A program made the translations under genes and the position numbers. From Candidatus Poribacteria bacterium (GTDB lineage Bacteria > Poribacteria > WGA-4E > WGA-3G), in assembly GCA_965214095.1 (NCBI GenBank), contig OZ243938.1, positions 2,304,001 to 2,368,000 on the forward strand: DNA of 64,000 bases, given 5' to 3'. Below, piece by piece: positions 32,301 through 41,653 of this stretch. The stretch's first letter is position 1, and the number at the start of each line of letters is the position of its first letter. The notes beneath the pieces were generated by a model that was not told where the DNA came from, did no database searches, and worked only from the letters and a program-made list of their open reading frames with translations.

Positions 32301-35300
32301 AGACGCACAAACGAAAGAACTTCTCCGAGATAACATGCTTACCTTACGGAATGCGCGGTTCAGAAATATTCAGAGTCGTGTTGAGAAAATGTCGCGTATT
32401 AGTGAGGAAGAATACAATCGTAAACTGGCACAGATAGAGGCTGCCGTAGCATTACAAGACCTATTCAACCGCTATTATACATCGCTTTTCTGTAGTGTTG
32501 ACCTGTCCTCTCAATCAAATCAATTTGGTGTATTTAACAAAGGTTGGTTTTATGACCAAGAACCTGAGTTCGTGCTACGTCGTGAGTTCGCAAGCATCGG
32601 GAATAAACTGGCAGATTATGCATCGGATGCAGATTTCGGTGTTCGTGTCAGAAAACTATGGCGTGCAACAGATGACCAGATACGTCAAGCTGTCATGGCA
32701 CGACAATGGTCGGTCGCAAGTCAAATTTCAGACAAGGCTGCACTTGAAGGAAAGACACTTGAAACCCTTCTGAGTGCACATTATGGAAAACTTTCCGGTT
32801 TAGGCGGTGTGAGTCGTCTCATGAGGATGCAGTTTGAGCAGTGGAGAAACAGAGGGGAACCTTCTGAAGATATGCTCAAAGATATGGACTATATCCGTAA
32901 AGAAGTTGAAAGGTTTATTCGAAATGATGTTCGGAGTGCGAAGAAAAATCGTAAGAACAGTATCCGTATGCGTGGTCAATTAGATGCGATGCTAAGACTG
33001 CGGCACGAAGACCCAGACACATTTACGGAAGATGAAATTGAGGACATCAAAACCTTAATTTCAATTGTAGGACTCGGTGGCGGCACTAATTTTGTCAATG
33101 CTATCTCTGCCAGTGGTGGAAAGACTTGGAAGACCTATATTCCGGGAAAAATTGCTTTTGACAGCGAAGTTGCTACGCTTGTCGGCAAGACGGGTATAGC
33201 GTTTGCTACTATTGAAGATGCCCGCGTCCTCACTGATACCCCACTTGATACAATTGATCGCGTTGATCTACGGCAAGATGGAAATTTACATCAACAAGCA
33301 CAGACCTTAGCATCCTTATTGATACAAGCACTACGCGATCCACAAATGCCAACTGCAGCAAGAGTCGGAAACTTCTACTGCAACCTATTCGGAGATGTCG
33401 TTGAATTTGATGCTCGTGAATCTGCACTACCCAATAAACCTGTGCCATACCCGATCATAACCCTCCGTCGTAAACACAAGACGATGATGGGTGTCCGTGG
33501 TGATCTATTCACTATGGGAGATAACAAAGGTAATTTTGAAGTTGCTGGATTGGCTATGGAAGGTAGAGCAACTCGCAGACTCGGAGGTGTTCAAGAAGTT
33601 GAAGCATACATCCTTGACCCGGATTCTGGAGATATTGTCTATGCACCTGATTTAGGAAATTATGGTGCAAAACTATTACCGAACAAAGTGCCAATTAACA
33701 CGCGCCGACGCGGTTGTCGTGTTGTTACTTTCCCTTGTGTCTCAACTACGATATACGATCTGGTTGACCAGCGTTACCTTCGAACTCTACGTGAATTGGA
33801 GGTCTATGATGCATTGTCCGATAGTCCACCCGAAAAATTTGGTGTGTCTAAACCGTGGCAACAGGAAGGTGTCTCTGCGGCTGAACCTATCGCACTTGTC
33901 TATAGCGAACCGGAGAGCCGGATTAAAATCGGTATGGCGTATGGACAAATCGGTAAACGTCTGCTCCTGATTAAAGCCACAAAAAGTGGTATGAAAAATC
34001 CAACGCTCTATACGGGGGAAGGGTTCGTTGTGCGTGAAAATGGTAGTATCCGTTTAACCCCTTATGTTGTTGTACGGGATATGTGGTGGTTGGATGAAAA
34101 CCGTTCCCGTCTATATAAACGTTTCGGTATTTCCAGTGATAGACTTGACAAACTACATCAATTTGCCGATGAATATCTCAATCGTGCGGAAACGGCACTT
34201 TTCCAAAATGACTATCAACAAGCCCTCAAGTTAGCCCGCGCCGCGTGGGGATATGAATCACGCGCCTACCCTGATGTCAAAAGAACAGGTAACGATGTTG
34301 TAAACGGTATCATGTTCTACCTCGCGCTCTTGATGCCGTTCGCCTACTTTTTGGAACGGCTTATATTCGGTTTCCCGAACATTAACAAACAGATTTTGGC
34401 AACCTTCGGTATCTTCCTGCTCGTGTTTTACTTCTTAAGTCAGGTACATCCCGCATTTCAGATTACTACAACACCCATCATCATCTTAATCGCATTCGTT
34501 GTACTTGCGTTAACAGTGATTGTGATCAGCATTATTGTGCGGAAATTCGAGGAGCAGCTTGAGAAAATACGGCAACAGGGGAATAAGGTGTATAAAGCCG
34601 ATGTAGGTAGGTTGAGTGCAAGTGCTGCTGCATTTAGTCTCGGTATTTCCAATATGCGAAAACGTAAAGGACGGACAATCTTAACGTGTGTAACGTTGGT
34701 GATCCTTACCTTTACCGTCATTTCATTCACATCAGTGCGGACATTTATGCGTCCTAACCGAACAAGTCTACCACAAGTGACACCACGATACACGGGGCTA
34801 CTTATCCGAGACCAGTATTGGAGACCTCTTGAAGAACCTGTGCTCAACTCCATTCTGAACGACATGCAGAAAACACAAGTCTCTGTCGGAGATTTGGAAA
34901 AACTGTTGCAACAGAAAAACAATCTATTGGCAAAGCAGGGACGATCAACATTGGATGTGCCGGCTGCAATAACAGGATTGCAAGATGATGGATATATCGT
35001 TAATGTTGATGAAAAACCGGTCCTTGCTGTGAAGAATGTTGTGGCACCGCGAGCTTGGTATCAGTCTTCTGGAACAGGTGACCAATCCTTTGTGCAATTG
35101 ACGCGAAGTGAAAACGAACAAGACCCCGCACCACCGACGAACACACTTACAGGTGAATCTTTACGTTTTGCTGCCAACATGCTTGTTGGAATGAGTGAGG
35201 CTGAGTCTTCAGTCACAGGTATTAATCGGTATTTGCAATACGGAAAATGGTTTGACCGGACAGATGCTGAAAATTGGCCAACCGAGTGGCCTTATGCAAT

Positions 35301-36660
35301 CGTTCTACCGAAAGGAATGGCTGACCTCCTGAAAATCACTGAGAGCGATATGGGGAAAGCTACAATTTCTGTATATGGTGCAGACTTCACCGTCGTTGGT
35401 GTATTGGGTATAGGGTTCAAGGATTTGACAGATAATGATGGGGAAGAACTCACACCTGTGGATTACCAATTGATGCAACAACAAACCAGTCGAGGTGGTA
35501 CGGGTGATGAAACCCTTGAGGGTGAACTACAGAAGTATCTGCATCTCACACCCGATAGTATTGCTATTTTGCCGTATGAAGTTGTCATGAACCAAGGTGG
35601 AACACTGAGAAGTGTCGCAGTGAATATGGATCCCCAAGAGGATGACCCTGAATTGTTAGGAGCGATAGATAAATTGGATCTCATCATGGCACCCCTGATG
35701 AACCGTATTGCACTTGACTTCTTTGTGGGACGCGATAAAGATACCTATCTATACAGTAGTATCGGTATGACAAGTTTTAGTGGTATGGGTAACCTATTTG
35801 TGCCTATTCTGATTGCTGCCTTGATTGTTCTGAATACGATGCTCGGTGCCGTTTATGAACGTGTCCGTGAAATCAGTATCTATAGTTCCGTCGGTCTTGC
35901 ACCTACGCATATTGCTTTCCTTTTCCTTGCGGAGGCGTGTGTATATGCAATTGTTGGGGCTGTATTAGGATATTTGATGGGGCAAGTGATTGCGACTACC
36001 TTAGTGCATTTCGGTTGGCTTGCTGGATTAACCCTAAACTATTCTTCAATGTCAACCGTCGTTGCAACCATAATCGTGATGATTGTGGTACTTCTCAGCA
36101 CTCTGTATCCTGCTATTAAAGCCTCGCGGATGGCTGTACCAGATATTGAACGGAAATGGAAACTACCTGAACCTGATGGAGATATATGGCATTTCAATCT
36201 ACCTTTCACCGTGTTAGCTGAAGAAGCACTCGGATTGAATGTATTTATGCGCGACTACTTTGACGCACACGCCGATGAGTCGGCAAGCGATTTCTACACC
36301 GACAATGTTGCTTTCAGTGCAAAAGAAGAAGAGGATTCATATCAGATCGGTATGATGGTGTGGTTAGCACCTTACGATTTGGGTGTCAGTCAATCAATCC
36401 AGTTTGTCACCTCACCTGTTGGTGGAGAAGAGGAAGACCTATACAAAATTACTTTAGAAGTCAACCGTGAAAGTGGTGAGATTGCTTCTTGGAAACGGGT
36501 TAATCGTCGTTTCCTCAATCTGTTGCGGAAACAGTTATTGATTTGGCGGACATTTAGTGTTGATATTCGTGCAGAATTCCACGAAAGAGGAAGAACTGAG
36601 AACACTGAAACAGCGGAAGATACTGCAGGATTGGAACCGGTCATGACAACGGCTGATTAG
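29389..36660 (+). CDS. Giant membrane protein: signal peptide, degenerate M28-peptidase fold with 2 LysM, acidic repeats and helical inserts, MacB/FtsX-type ABC permease
   Basis: RBS GAGGA before ATG 29389; SRVTGY; HTVAAGETL and YELQEGDSL LysM motifs; 3x DGIDNxxDG; AYYD/GAD; LGISNMRKRKGRTILT; NTMLGAVYERVREISIYSSVGL. Confidence 0.85.
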   Translation: MRNWIYIVILLLVFCGNIPISYAADGEKKLGLSDAAIQIRDEVSIRNIRKDLARLSSLESRVTGYPQAANGSKYIFDRFVEMGLKNVESREFTVTVPIDYGNSAIEILSSDGNVLQTYSLKSLWPNLVRTSLLTDGVKHTVAAGETLKIIAENYAVSLTDITENPHNQYLPSPIVEGNTVFIPTGGLTGPLLYGDDSQLADFNGTNVGGFWYELQEGDSLVSLARRFRVTQASITDDVLNGHLQKASDGIDNDEDGTIDEYGEIPLLSEILGWATDGIDNNADGWTDEIPGDDTDGIDNNKDGQIDETGEFIAAGESHIFIPKGAIVLAEFNSGTRWINAAMLGASAVIFIEPETTIRGEAENKFLTVPANIPRFWVSKTDAAQLKEILANEEEVNVRLRGKMKWERRVGQNIRGFLEGGDPVLRDELVVLTAYYDAMSVVPAIAPGADPTCGIAVLMELVRLFGQPEYRPGRSVLFVAVDAHFQGLAGMRAFMEGIGQDIVGSAIDSPGTPTLQGLRRGLSTDIIEFEELGRKLLLSIDRTVLVDLDADFYHGVHGVKDDLDSLSTTLEGLSSTRAQIDVLHRAQRDFSERQKKDAERNRKREKQGFTEEEKSRLDANLVRFEKEALQTTHFLRQIVNRLGQIRTSALVTSKKAQQELIADIALPIARLDTWAVDRLIRELETKEISDKYGTHPNFSYLLPVKNGTDYQVPTPDDLPSELNAEIENLNSTLANWEMSDTRKFALMWTPDKILDRHLDLPTLRKARDARKTLANTTETEEAIISRERALLQKVQENINDNTPTENQIKDAITKLGTDRLNDLPTEIASQYLTVSTQERIERINAQLRQRLTEAEAADVVSESEDGLIKDLARDKQGIFEIALRNARLEQERIQNLLETHDTLTRVYLDEELLILQSHLSSEELEQAKDARKRLAAYLTEAQILQAVKLKTAADVIALDNLVEKLPTLTSDLDAQTKELLRDNMLTLRNARFRNIQSRVEKMSRISEEEYNRKLAQIEAAVALQDLFNRYYTSLFCSVDLSSQSNQFGVFNKGWFYDQEPEFVLRREFASIGNKLADYASDADFGVRVRKLWRATDDQIRQAVMARQWSVASQISDKAALEGKTLETLLSAHYGKLSGLGGVSRLMRMQFEQWRNRGEPSEDMLKDMDYIRKEVERFIRNDVRSAKKNRKNSIRMRGQLDAMLRLRHEDPDTFTEDEIEDIKTLISIVGLGGGTNFVNAISASGGKTWKTYIPGKIAFDSEVATLVGKTGIAFATIEDARVLTDTPLDTIDRVDLRQDGNLHQQAQTLASLLIQALRDPQMPTAARVGNFYCNLFGDVVEFDARESALPNKPVPYPIITLRRKHKTMMGVRGDLFTMGDNKGNFEVAGLAMEGRATRRLGGVQEVEAYILDPDSGDIVYAPDLGNYGAKLLPNKVPINTRRRGCRVVTFPCVSTTIYDLVDQRYLRTLRELEVYDALSDSPPEKFGVSKPWQQEGVSAAEPIALVYSEPESRIKIGMAYGQIGKRLLLIKATKSGMKNPTLYTGEGFVVRENGSIRLTPYVVVRDMWWLDENRSRLYKRFGISSDRLDKLHQFADEYLNRAETALFQNDYQQALKLARAAWGYESRAYPDVKRTGNDVVNGIMFYLALLMPFAYFLERLIFGFPNINKQILATFGIFLLVFYFLSQVHPAFQITTTPIIILIAFVVLALTVIVISIIVRKFEEQLEKIRQQGNKVYKADVGRLSASAAAFSLGISNMRKRKGRTILTCVTLVILTFTVISFTSVRTFMRPNRTSLPQVTPRYTGLLIRDQYWRPLEEPVLNSILNDMQKTQVSVGDLEKLLQQKNNLLAKQGRSTLDVPAAITGLQDDGYIVNVDEKPVLAVKNVVAPRAWYQSSGTGDQSFVQLTRSENEQDPAPPTNTLTGESLRFAANMLVGMSEAESSVTGINRYLQYGKWFDRTDAENWPTEWPYAIVLPKGMADLLKITESDMGKATISVYGADFTVVGVLGIGFKDLTDNDGEELTPVDYQLMQQQTSRGGTGDETLEGELQKYLHLTPDSIAILPYEVVMNQGGTLRSVAVNMDPQEDDPELLGAIDKLDLIMAPLMNRIALDFFVGRDKDTYLYSSIGMTSFSGMGNLFVPILIAALIVLNTMLGAVYERVREISIYSSVGLAPTHIAFLFLAEACVYAIVGAVLGYLMGQVIATTLVHFGWLAGLTLNYSSMSTVVATIIVMIVVLLSTLYPAIKASRMAVPDIERKWKLPEPDGDIWHFNLPFTVLAEEALGLNVFMRDYFDAHADESASDFYTDNVAFSAKEEEDSYQIGMMVWLAPYDLGVSQSIQFVTSPVGGEEEDLYKITLEVNRESGEIASWKRVNRRFLNLLRKQLLIWRTFSVDIRAEFHERGRTENTETAEDTAGLEPVMTTAD

Positions 36661-36693
36661 GTCTATCAATGTCTGACTACATGAGGAAATTAT

Positions 36694-36885
36694 ATGGAAA
36701 AATTAGCAAGTATTATCATTGTAATCGGGACTGTCCTATGGTTAGTCAGCGTTCTGTTTTTGGGTGGACGTTGGCAGTGGCAGATGTTTGCAGCACTCAT
36801 TTTGACTGTCGGTATCTTCATCGCTCATTTTTGGGAAGAGCTCAGCGAAGGAAAGAAAGAAAATACAACAAAAGATGATAATTGA
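36694..36885 (+). CDS. Small two-TM membrane protein (63 aa)
   Basis: GAGG RBS; two hydrophobic segments and a charged tail; in operon orientation. Confidence 0.6.
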   Translation: MEKLASIIIVIGTVLWLVSVLFLGGRWQWQMFAALILTVGIFIAHFWEELSEGKKENTTKDDN

Positions 36886-36983
36886 ATGGTATATCGGCAT
36901 TAGGAGTCTGTGGAATGTGCGTTTTGTTCTTCTGAGAACTAACTGCTGATAGCTGATTACCAGCACAAAGGAGAAAATACAAT

Positions 36984-38972
36984 TTGGCGCGAGAGAGAAT
37001 CTCACAAGCAGATGAATGGCAATCGTGGGCACAACGATACGACATAGAAGGTGGTGTTCGAACCTTTGAATCAGGGTTAACTGTCAAAGTGTTCTTCGGC
37101 GCACTCTTTGTCGGTTTGCTCATGATGCCCGGTTCCATCTATCTGAGTTATGTATCTGGTCAATCTGGTGCAGCGGCTGCCCCATGGGTAGCAGTTATCC
37201 TGTTCACCGAATTAGCCAGACGATCATTCACAACAGCACGTCGTCAAGAACTCTATATGCTGCTCAGTCTAACAGGGGCAGCAGTTGGCAGTGGTATGCA
37301 ATATCGGAGTTTTATCTGGTATGCATACTTTGTGAACACACCGCAGGCGATTTCCTACGAAATTGCCGATAAAATCCCCGCATGGGTTGTTCCTGCCGGT
37401 GATTCTGCTGGAGTTTTGACACGCAGTCTGCTGCATCCCGATTGGTTGCTGCCTATAGGTATCTATCTCGCAGGGAAGTTTCTTGGCACGCTGCGGGTTG
37501 TCAGTGGTCAATATATTCTATTCAGACTTACTGCAGACCTTGAACGACTCCCATATCCCATGGCACCGATTACCGCACAAGGTGCGACTGCATTAGCCGA
37601 AACGACTGGAAAACAGGAAACATGGCGATGGCAGGTCTTTTCTATCGGGTCTATGGCAGGTCTGATATGGGGATTCATTTACATCGGTGTTCCCGCGCTC
37701 TCCGGTGTCATGATGAGTCAACCGATACAGATACTGAAGATCCCGTGGATTGACTTTACACAAAGTATTGAAGGATTCGCGCCGACAGGTGTTTTTGCGC
37801 TTAGAACAGACTTCGGACAGATGCTCTTCGGGTTCGTCTTGCCGTTCCCTGTCGTGATGTCAGAGTTTGTCACCGCAATGCTTTCGCAATTTGTTTTAAA
37901 TCCGCACATTCTATATCCAAATGAAATATTGCACCAGTGGCATCATGGGCTTGATGTGCGTGCAACAGGACTTTTCAACGACCTTGATTTCTGGCGGAGT
38001 TACGGCATTGGTAAGACATTTAGTCTCGGTCTTGTCGGGATGGCAGCCTCTGTTCCAATGTTATTCAAACTTCGCAAAACGCAGAAAAAAGCAGGCGAAC
38101 GTGGTTCTCTTGCTACGCCACCGAACAGAGGTGATTTCCCACTATGGCTCATGGGTATACTATGGCTCATCGGTATGGGAGGATTTGTCTGGCTCATCCA
38201 TTGGATGGTGCCGAATTTTCCAGTCAGTTTCTTGCTCGGATTCGCATTTGTATATACACCAATAAACTCATATATCACCGCGCGGACATTCGGAGTGCTT
38301 GGACGTGACCTATTTGAAATCCCTTACTTGCACGAAATAACATTTATTCTCAGTCGTTACGAGGAAATTGATATTTGGTTTGCACCGCTACCTGATGAAG
38401 ATTACGGAGCAGGCACACAAGGATGGCGTGTGCTTGAACTGACAGGTACGACCTTTACTTCAAATCTCGCTGCGACACTGCTGATTATGCCTATCCTCAT
38501 TATTAGTGGAATCTTGGTGCAGCACTTTATATGGCAAATTGCACCAATTCCGAGTGCGCAATACCCGTTTGTTCAAATGATGTGGCCTATCAACGCAACG
38601 AATGAATGTCTAATGAAAACATCGCTACGTGATGGAAATAGCGAGATCATACAAGCCATTAGAGGGGATTATGTTGCTGCAGGATTCACTTCAAGTCTTG
38701 CTATCTACGGATTGCTTTGGGTACTAAAATATCCTTCTATGTGGTATTACGGAATCATAGGTGGAATCGGGGCTGATCCGGGCAGCATGGTCGCACGATT
38801 ACTCGGTGCCATCATCGGTAGGTTCTATATGATCAAGCGATTCGGATTGAAAAGATGGTTTATGTTCAATCCAGTATTGGCAGCAGGATTTGCTTGTGGT
38901 GTCGGATTGATAGGGATGGGCACCGTTGCAATTGCCCTTGTCTCCAAAGCGGTTATTGTTAAACCGTTTTAG
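36984..38972 (+). CDS. OPT-like (oligopeptide transporter superfamily) polytopic membrane protein
   Basis: GLTVKVFFGALFVG N-terminal motif, RQE, ERLPYP, many TM helices; TTG start after GGAG. Confidence 0.75.
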   Translation: MARERISQADEWQSWAQRYDIEGGVRTFESGLTVKVFFGALFVGLLMMPGSIYLSYVSGQSGAAAAPWVAVILFTELARRSFTTARRQELYMLLSLTGAAVGSGMQYRSFIWYAYFVNTPQAISYEIADKIPAWVVPAGDSAGVLTRSLLHPDWLLPIGIYLAGKFLGTLRVVSGQYILFRLTADLERLPYPMAPITAQGATALAETTGKQETWRWQVFSIGSMAGLIWGFIYIGVPALSGVMMSQPIQILKIPWIDFTQSIEGFAPTGVFALRTDFGQMLFGFVLPFPVVMSEFVTAMLSQFVLNPHILYPNEILHQWHHGLDVRATGLFNDLDFWRSYGIGKTFSLGLVGMAASVPMLFKLRKTQKKAGERGSLATPPNRGDFPLWLMGILWLIGMGGFVWLIHWMVPNFPVSFLLGFAFVYTPINSYITARTFGVLGRDLFEIPYLHEITFILSRYEEIDIWFAPLPDEDYGAGTQGWRVLELTGTTFTSNLAATLLIMPILIISGILVQHFIWQIAPIPSAQYPFVQMMWPINATNECLMKTSLRDGNSEIIQAIRGDYVAAGFTSSLAIYGLLWVLKYPSMWYYGIIGGIGADPGSMVARLLGAIIGRFYMIKRFGLKRWFMFNPVLAAGFACGVGLIGMGTVAIALVSKAVIVKPF

Positions 38973-38992
38973 ACAACGTTCTTTCATAGTGG

Positions 38993-39949
38993 GTGAGAGA
39001 TATGGACTGGACTCTCTTTGGTTGGGCAGGTATTGAGTTAGAGATCCCGACAACTTGGGAAATCAGCGGCATTAGTGGAGATGAGAAAAACGGATATCTA
39101 CGGTTAGACGACGCTGAGATGCCGCGATTAGAGCTCAAATGGGCAAAATCTCGTAAAAAGAAACCTGACCTACACGCCACTCTTGACGATTATTTCAAGT
39201 TAGTCCGAAAGAACTACAAACGCGGCGGTAATGTCTCATTTCGCAGAAATGTTGAACTTATCAAAGATGAGGATTTTCTAAAGGATCATACTGTTCTTGG
39301 TTTTAGTTGGAAAGGTGGCATACGGGCAAATGGATTGATCCTACATAATCCAGAGTCTAAACGGATTACCATCGTTCAGGTGATGGGAAGGTTAAAAGAG
39401 AACTGGCGACCCACTGTACTTCGTATTTTCAAATCCATTGCTGACCACGGTGACCCGCAACACACTATCTGGAGTGCTTACGGACTCAGGGTTGCTGTGC
39501 CGAAGAACTACAAGTTGGAAGGGCAGAAGTTTCTCAGTGGCTATCTAATGTTTGCTTTCGCCAGACGGAAAACCCGAAAAATCTGTGTGGAACGTTACGG
39601 TCCCGCTGAGGTGTTATTAAACGAATATACGGAAGAACAGAATCCGTTAGAGACTTGGTTTCGTGCGCGTTACGCAAAGGCGATACGCGGATACGGATTT
39701 GAAGTGACACCCCATAACGAACAAGGGGATGAACGCATCAATTTTGTTGGACAACAAACTCGAGTTTACGATAGTGTACCATTTTCACCTGTGCTTATCG
39801 TTGATAAAGTGCTAAAACGACCAAGACTGACCTTTATTGTTAAACATTGCCATCATACCAATCGGATCTATGTGGTGCAATCTATTGGACGTAGCGAGGT
39901 TGCAGAACAACTCGCACAAGAGGTAGCAGAGAGTATTCACTGTCATTAA
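38993..39949 (+). CDS. Conserved hypothetical soluble protein with an internal two-fold repeat
   Basis: FGWAGIELEIPTTWEI and WSAYGLRVAVPKNYKL begin two similar halves. Confidence 0.7.
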   Translation: MRDMDWTLFGWAGIELEIPTTWEISGISGDEKNGYLRLDDAEMPRLELKWAKSRKKKPDLHATLDDYFKLVRKNYKRGGNVSFRRNVELIKDEDFLKDHTVLGFSWKGGIRANGLILHNPESKRITIVQVMGRLKENWRPTVLRIFKSIADHGDPQHTIWSAYGLRVAVPKNYKLEGQKFLSGYLMFAFARRKTRKICVERYGPAEVLLNEYTEEQNPLETWFRARYAKAIRGYGFEVTPHNEQGDERINFVGQQTRVYDSVPFSPVLIVDKVLKRPRLTFIVKHCHHTNRIYVVQSIGRSEVAEQLAQEVAESIHCH

Positions 39950-39975
39950 GCGTGAGATAATATAACCTTCAAATT

Positions 39976-40135
39976 TATAGTAAAAACCATAGTTACTTAC
40001 ACACTACGGTAGGTTCGGTTTCCTAACCGAACCGGATCTGCCGAGAAAACCTTTATGAACGCCATTGGCACGAATACGGTTCGGTTAGGAAACCGAACCT
40101 ACCGGGAGTGTGCACGTATTTTACATTTCACTATA
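39976..40135. mobile_element. TATAGT...ACTATA MITE with REP doublet, inside the operon
   Basis: Same ends as 24864-25001. Confidence 0.8.
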
Positions 40136-40146
40136 AAAATAAGAAA

Positions 40147-40611
40147 ATGATCAACAAAGCTTTATACGCACTAAAACTAAAAAAACGACCCGATGTGGAT
40201 AGAGGTAAAGTCCTCAAAGCATTCCCATTGAGAAATCAGTTGATAACGTGGGAAGTTGACGATAAAGACGAGGCATCACTTGTCATTCCACAGAAAGAAA
40301 AATTCTGGATCAAATTGACAAGTAAAATCTTTATGCTGCCTGATAAACGTGTCGTCGTGCTGGACAGCATCGGTTCTTATGTTTGGCAGCTGTGTGATGG
40401 CAAACACACAATCTCACAGATAATCAACGCACTCCAGAAAAAACATCGGTTAACTCGAAAAGAAGCAGAGACCTCACTTTTTACCTTTATAAAGATGCTC
40501 GGAAAACGGAATTTTATACAATTTGCTATCCCAAAAGAAGATAATCAGAATGAAACCGCAACGCAAAAACCTGTGCAACAGAAACGTTTCGGGTTTTTAT
40601 CTAAAGGATAG
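40147..40611 (+). CDS. PqqD-family / RiPP recognition element protein
   Basis: LDSIGSYVWQLCDGKHTISQII...FIKMLGKRNFI winged-helix pattern. Confidence 0.85.
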   Translation: MINKALYALKLKKRPDVDRGKVLKAFPLRNQLITWEVDDKDEASLVIPQKEKFWIKLTSKIFMLPDKRVVVLDSIGSYVWQLCDGKHTISQIINALQKKHRLTRKEAETSLFTFIKMLGKRNFIQFAIPKEDNQNETATQKPVQQKRFGFLSKG

Positions 40612-40838
40612 ACGGTACTTCTTATACCACTTCTAAATAAAAACTGCTCATTATCAAAACAGACGCTCGTAGTCGCGCAATTCATTGCGCCTCTTACATT
40701 CAGCAAATTGAGGATAAATCTACAAATTCCCAATGACACCTTATCTATTAGAAATGGTATTATTTCGAACACGGACAATTAATCTTGACTGAATGCTGAT
40801 GACTGAATGCTGATAGCCAATACATAGGAGAAACAGAT

Positions 40839-41645
40839 ATGCAAGAAGAAATAAGTGGTGTCCAACCAGATCTTGCTGAAACACCGAAACGGTTAGGACG
40901 TATCCTGCCGAAAGAGAATACTGTCCGTGTTAGGAATCTCATTAAACGATACGAGATGGGGACACAGACCGTAGACGCGCTGCGTGGCGTTAATTTCCAA
41001 ATTCAGCGTGGAGAATATATCTCTATTATGGGACCTTCCGGTTCGGGAAAATCTACTCTCTTTAATATGATTGGTGGATTAGATAAACCGACTGAAGGCA
41101 GAGTCTATATTGACGAGGTAGACATTGCACAACTTGACGCTTATGAGTTAGCGTGGTTACGTTGTCGAAAAATCGGTTATATCTTCCAGTCGTTCAATCT
41201 TATTCCTGTGATGACAGCATTAGAGAACGTCTCACTTCCGATGATTTTTGCTGGCATGAGTGCGGATGAAAGCAGAGAAAAAGGGGTGGATCTCCTCTCT
41301 CTTGTCGGATTAGGTGACCGCGTTCAGCATAAACCGCTTGAACTCTCTGGTGGACAGCAGCAACGTGTTGCAATTGCACGTTCCCTTGCTAACGATCCCG
41401 CCATCGTCCTCGCAGATGAACCGACGGGTAACTTGGATACCAAAACAGGTCTTGAAATCATTGACTTGCTCCGCCGTCTCAATGCTGAAAACGGTGTAAC
41501 CATAATTACAGCAACACACGATCACAAGATGCTGGATGTTTCTGATCGCATTTTCTACATGGCAGATGGTAAAGTTGACAAGATAGAGTCACGCGATGAA
41601 ATAGACCTCCAAGTCGGAAGGTTAGACGGTCAGGAAGTCGGATAA
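40839..41645 (+). CDS. ABC transporter ATP-binding protein, LolD/MacB type
   Basis: GPSGSGKST, IGYIFQSFNL, LSGGQQQRVAIAR, LADEPTGNLD. Confidence 0.95.
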   Translation: MQEEISGVQPDLAETPKRLGRILPKENTVRVRNLIKRYEMGTQTVDALRGVNFQIQRGEYISIMGPSGSGKSTLFNMIGGLDKPTEGRVYIDEVDIAQLDAYELAWLRCRKIGYIFQSFNLIPVMTALENVSLPMIFAGMSADESREKGVDLLSLVGLGDRVQHKPLELSGGQQQRVAIARSLANDPAIVLADEPTGNLDTKTGLEIIDLLRRLNAENGVTIITATHDHKMLDVSDRIFYMADGKVDKIESRDEIDLQVGRLDGQEVG

Positions 41646-41653
41646 TCTAACAA

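Noticed and set aside
36694-36885. RiPP precursor for the RRE
   Set aside because: Two TM helices, no leader/core pattern and no modifying enzyme; better read as a membrane subunit.
40787-40818. TGACTGAATGCTGA tandem repeat (similar GCTGATA repeat near 36945) as a regulatory site
   Set aside because: Only two units each; cannot be distinguished from generic short intergenic repeats.
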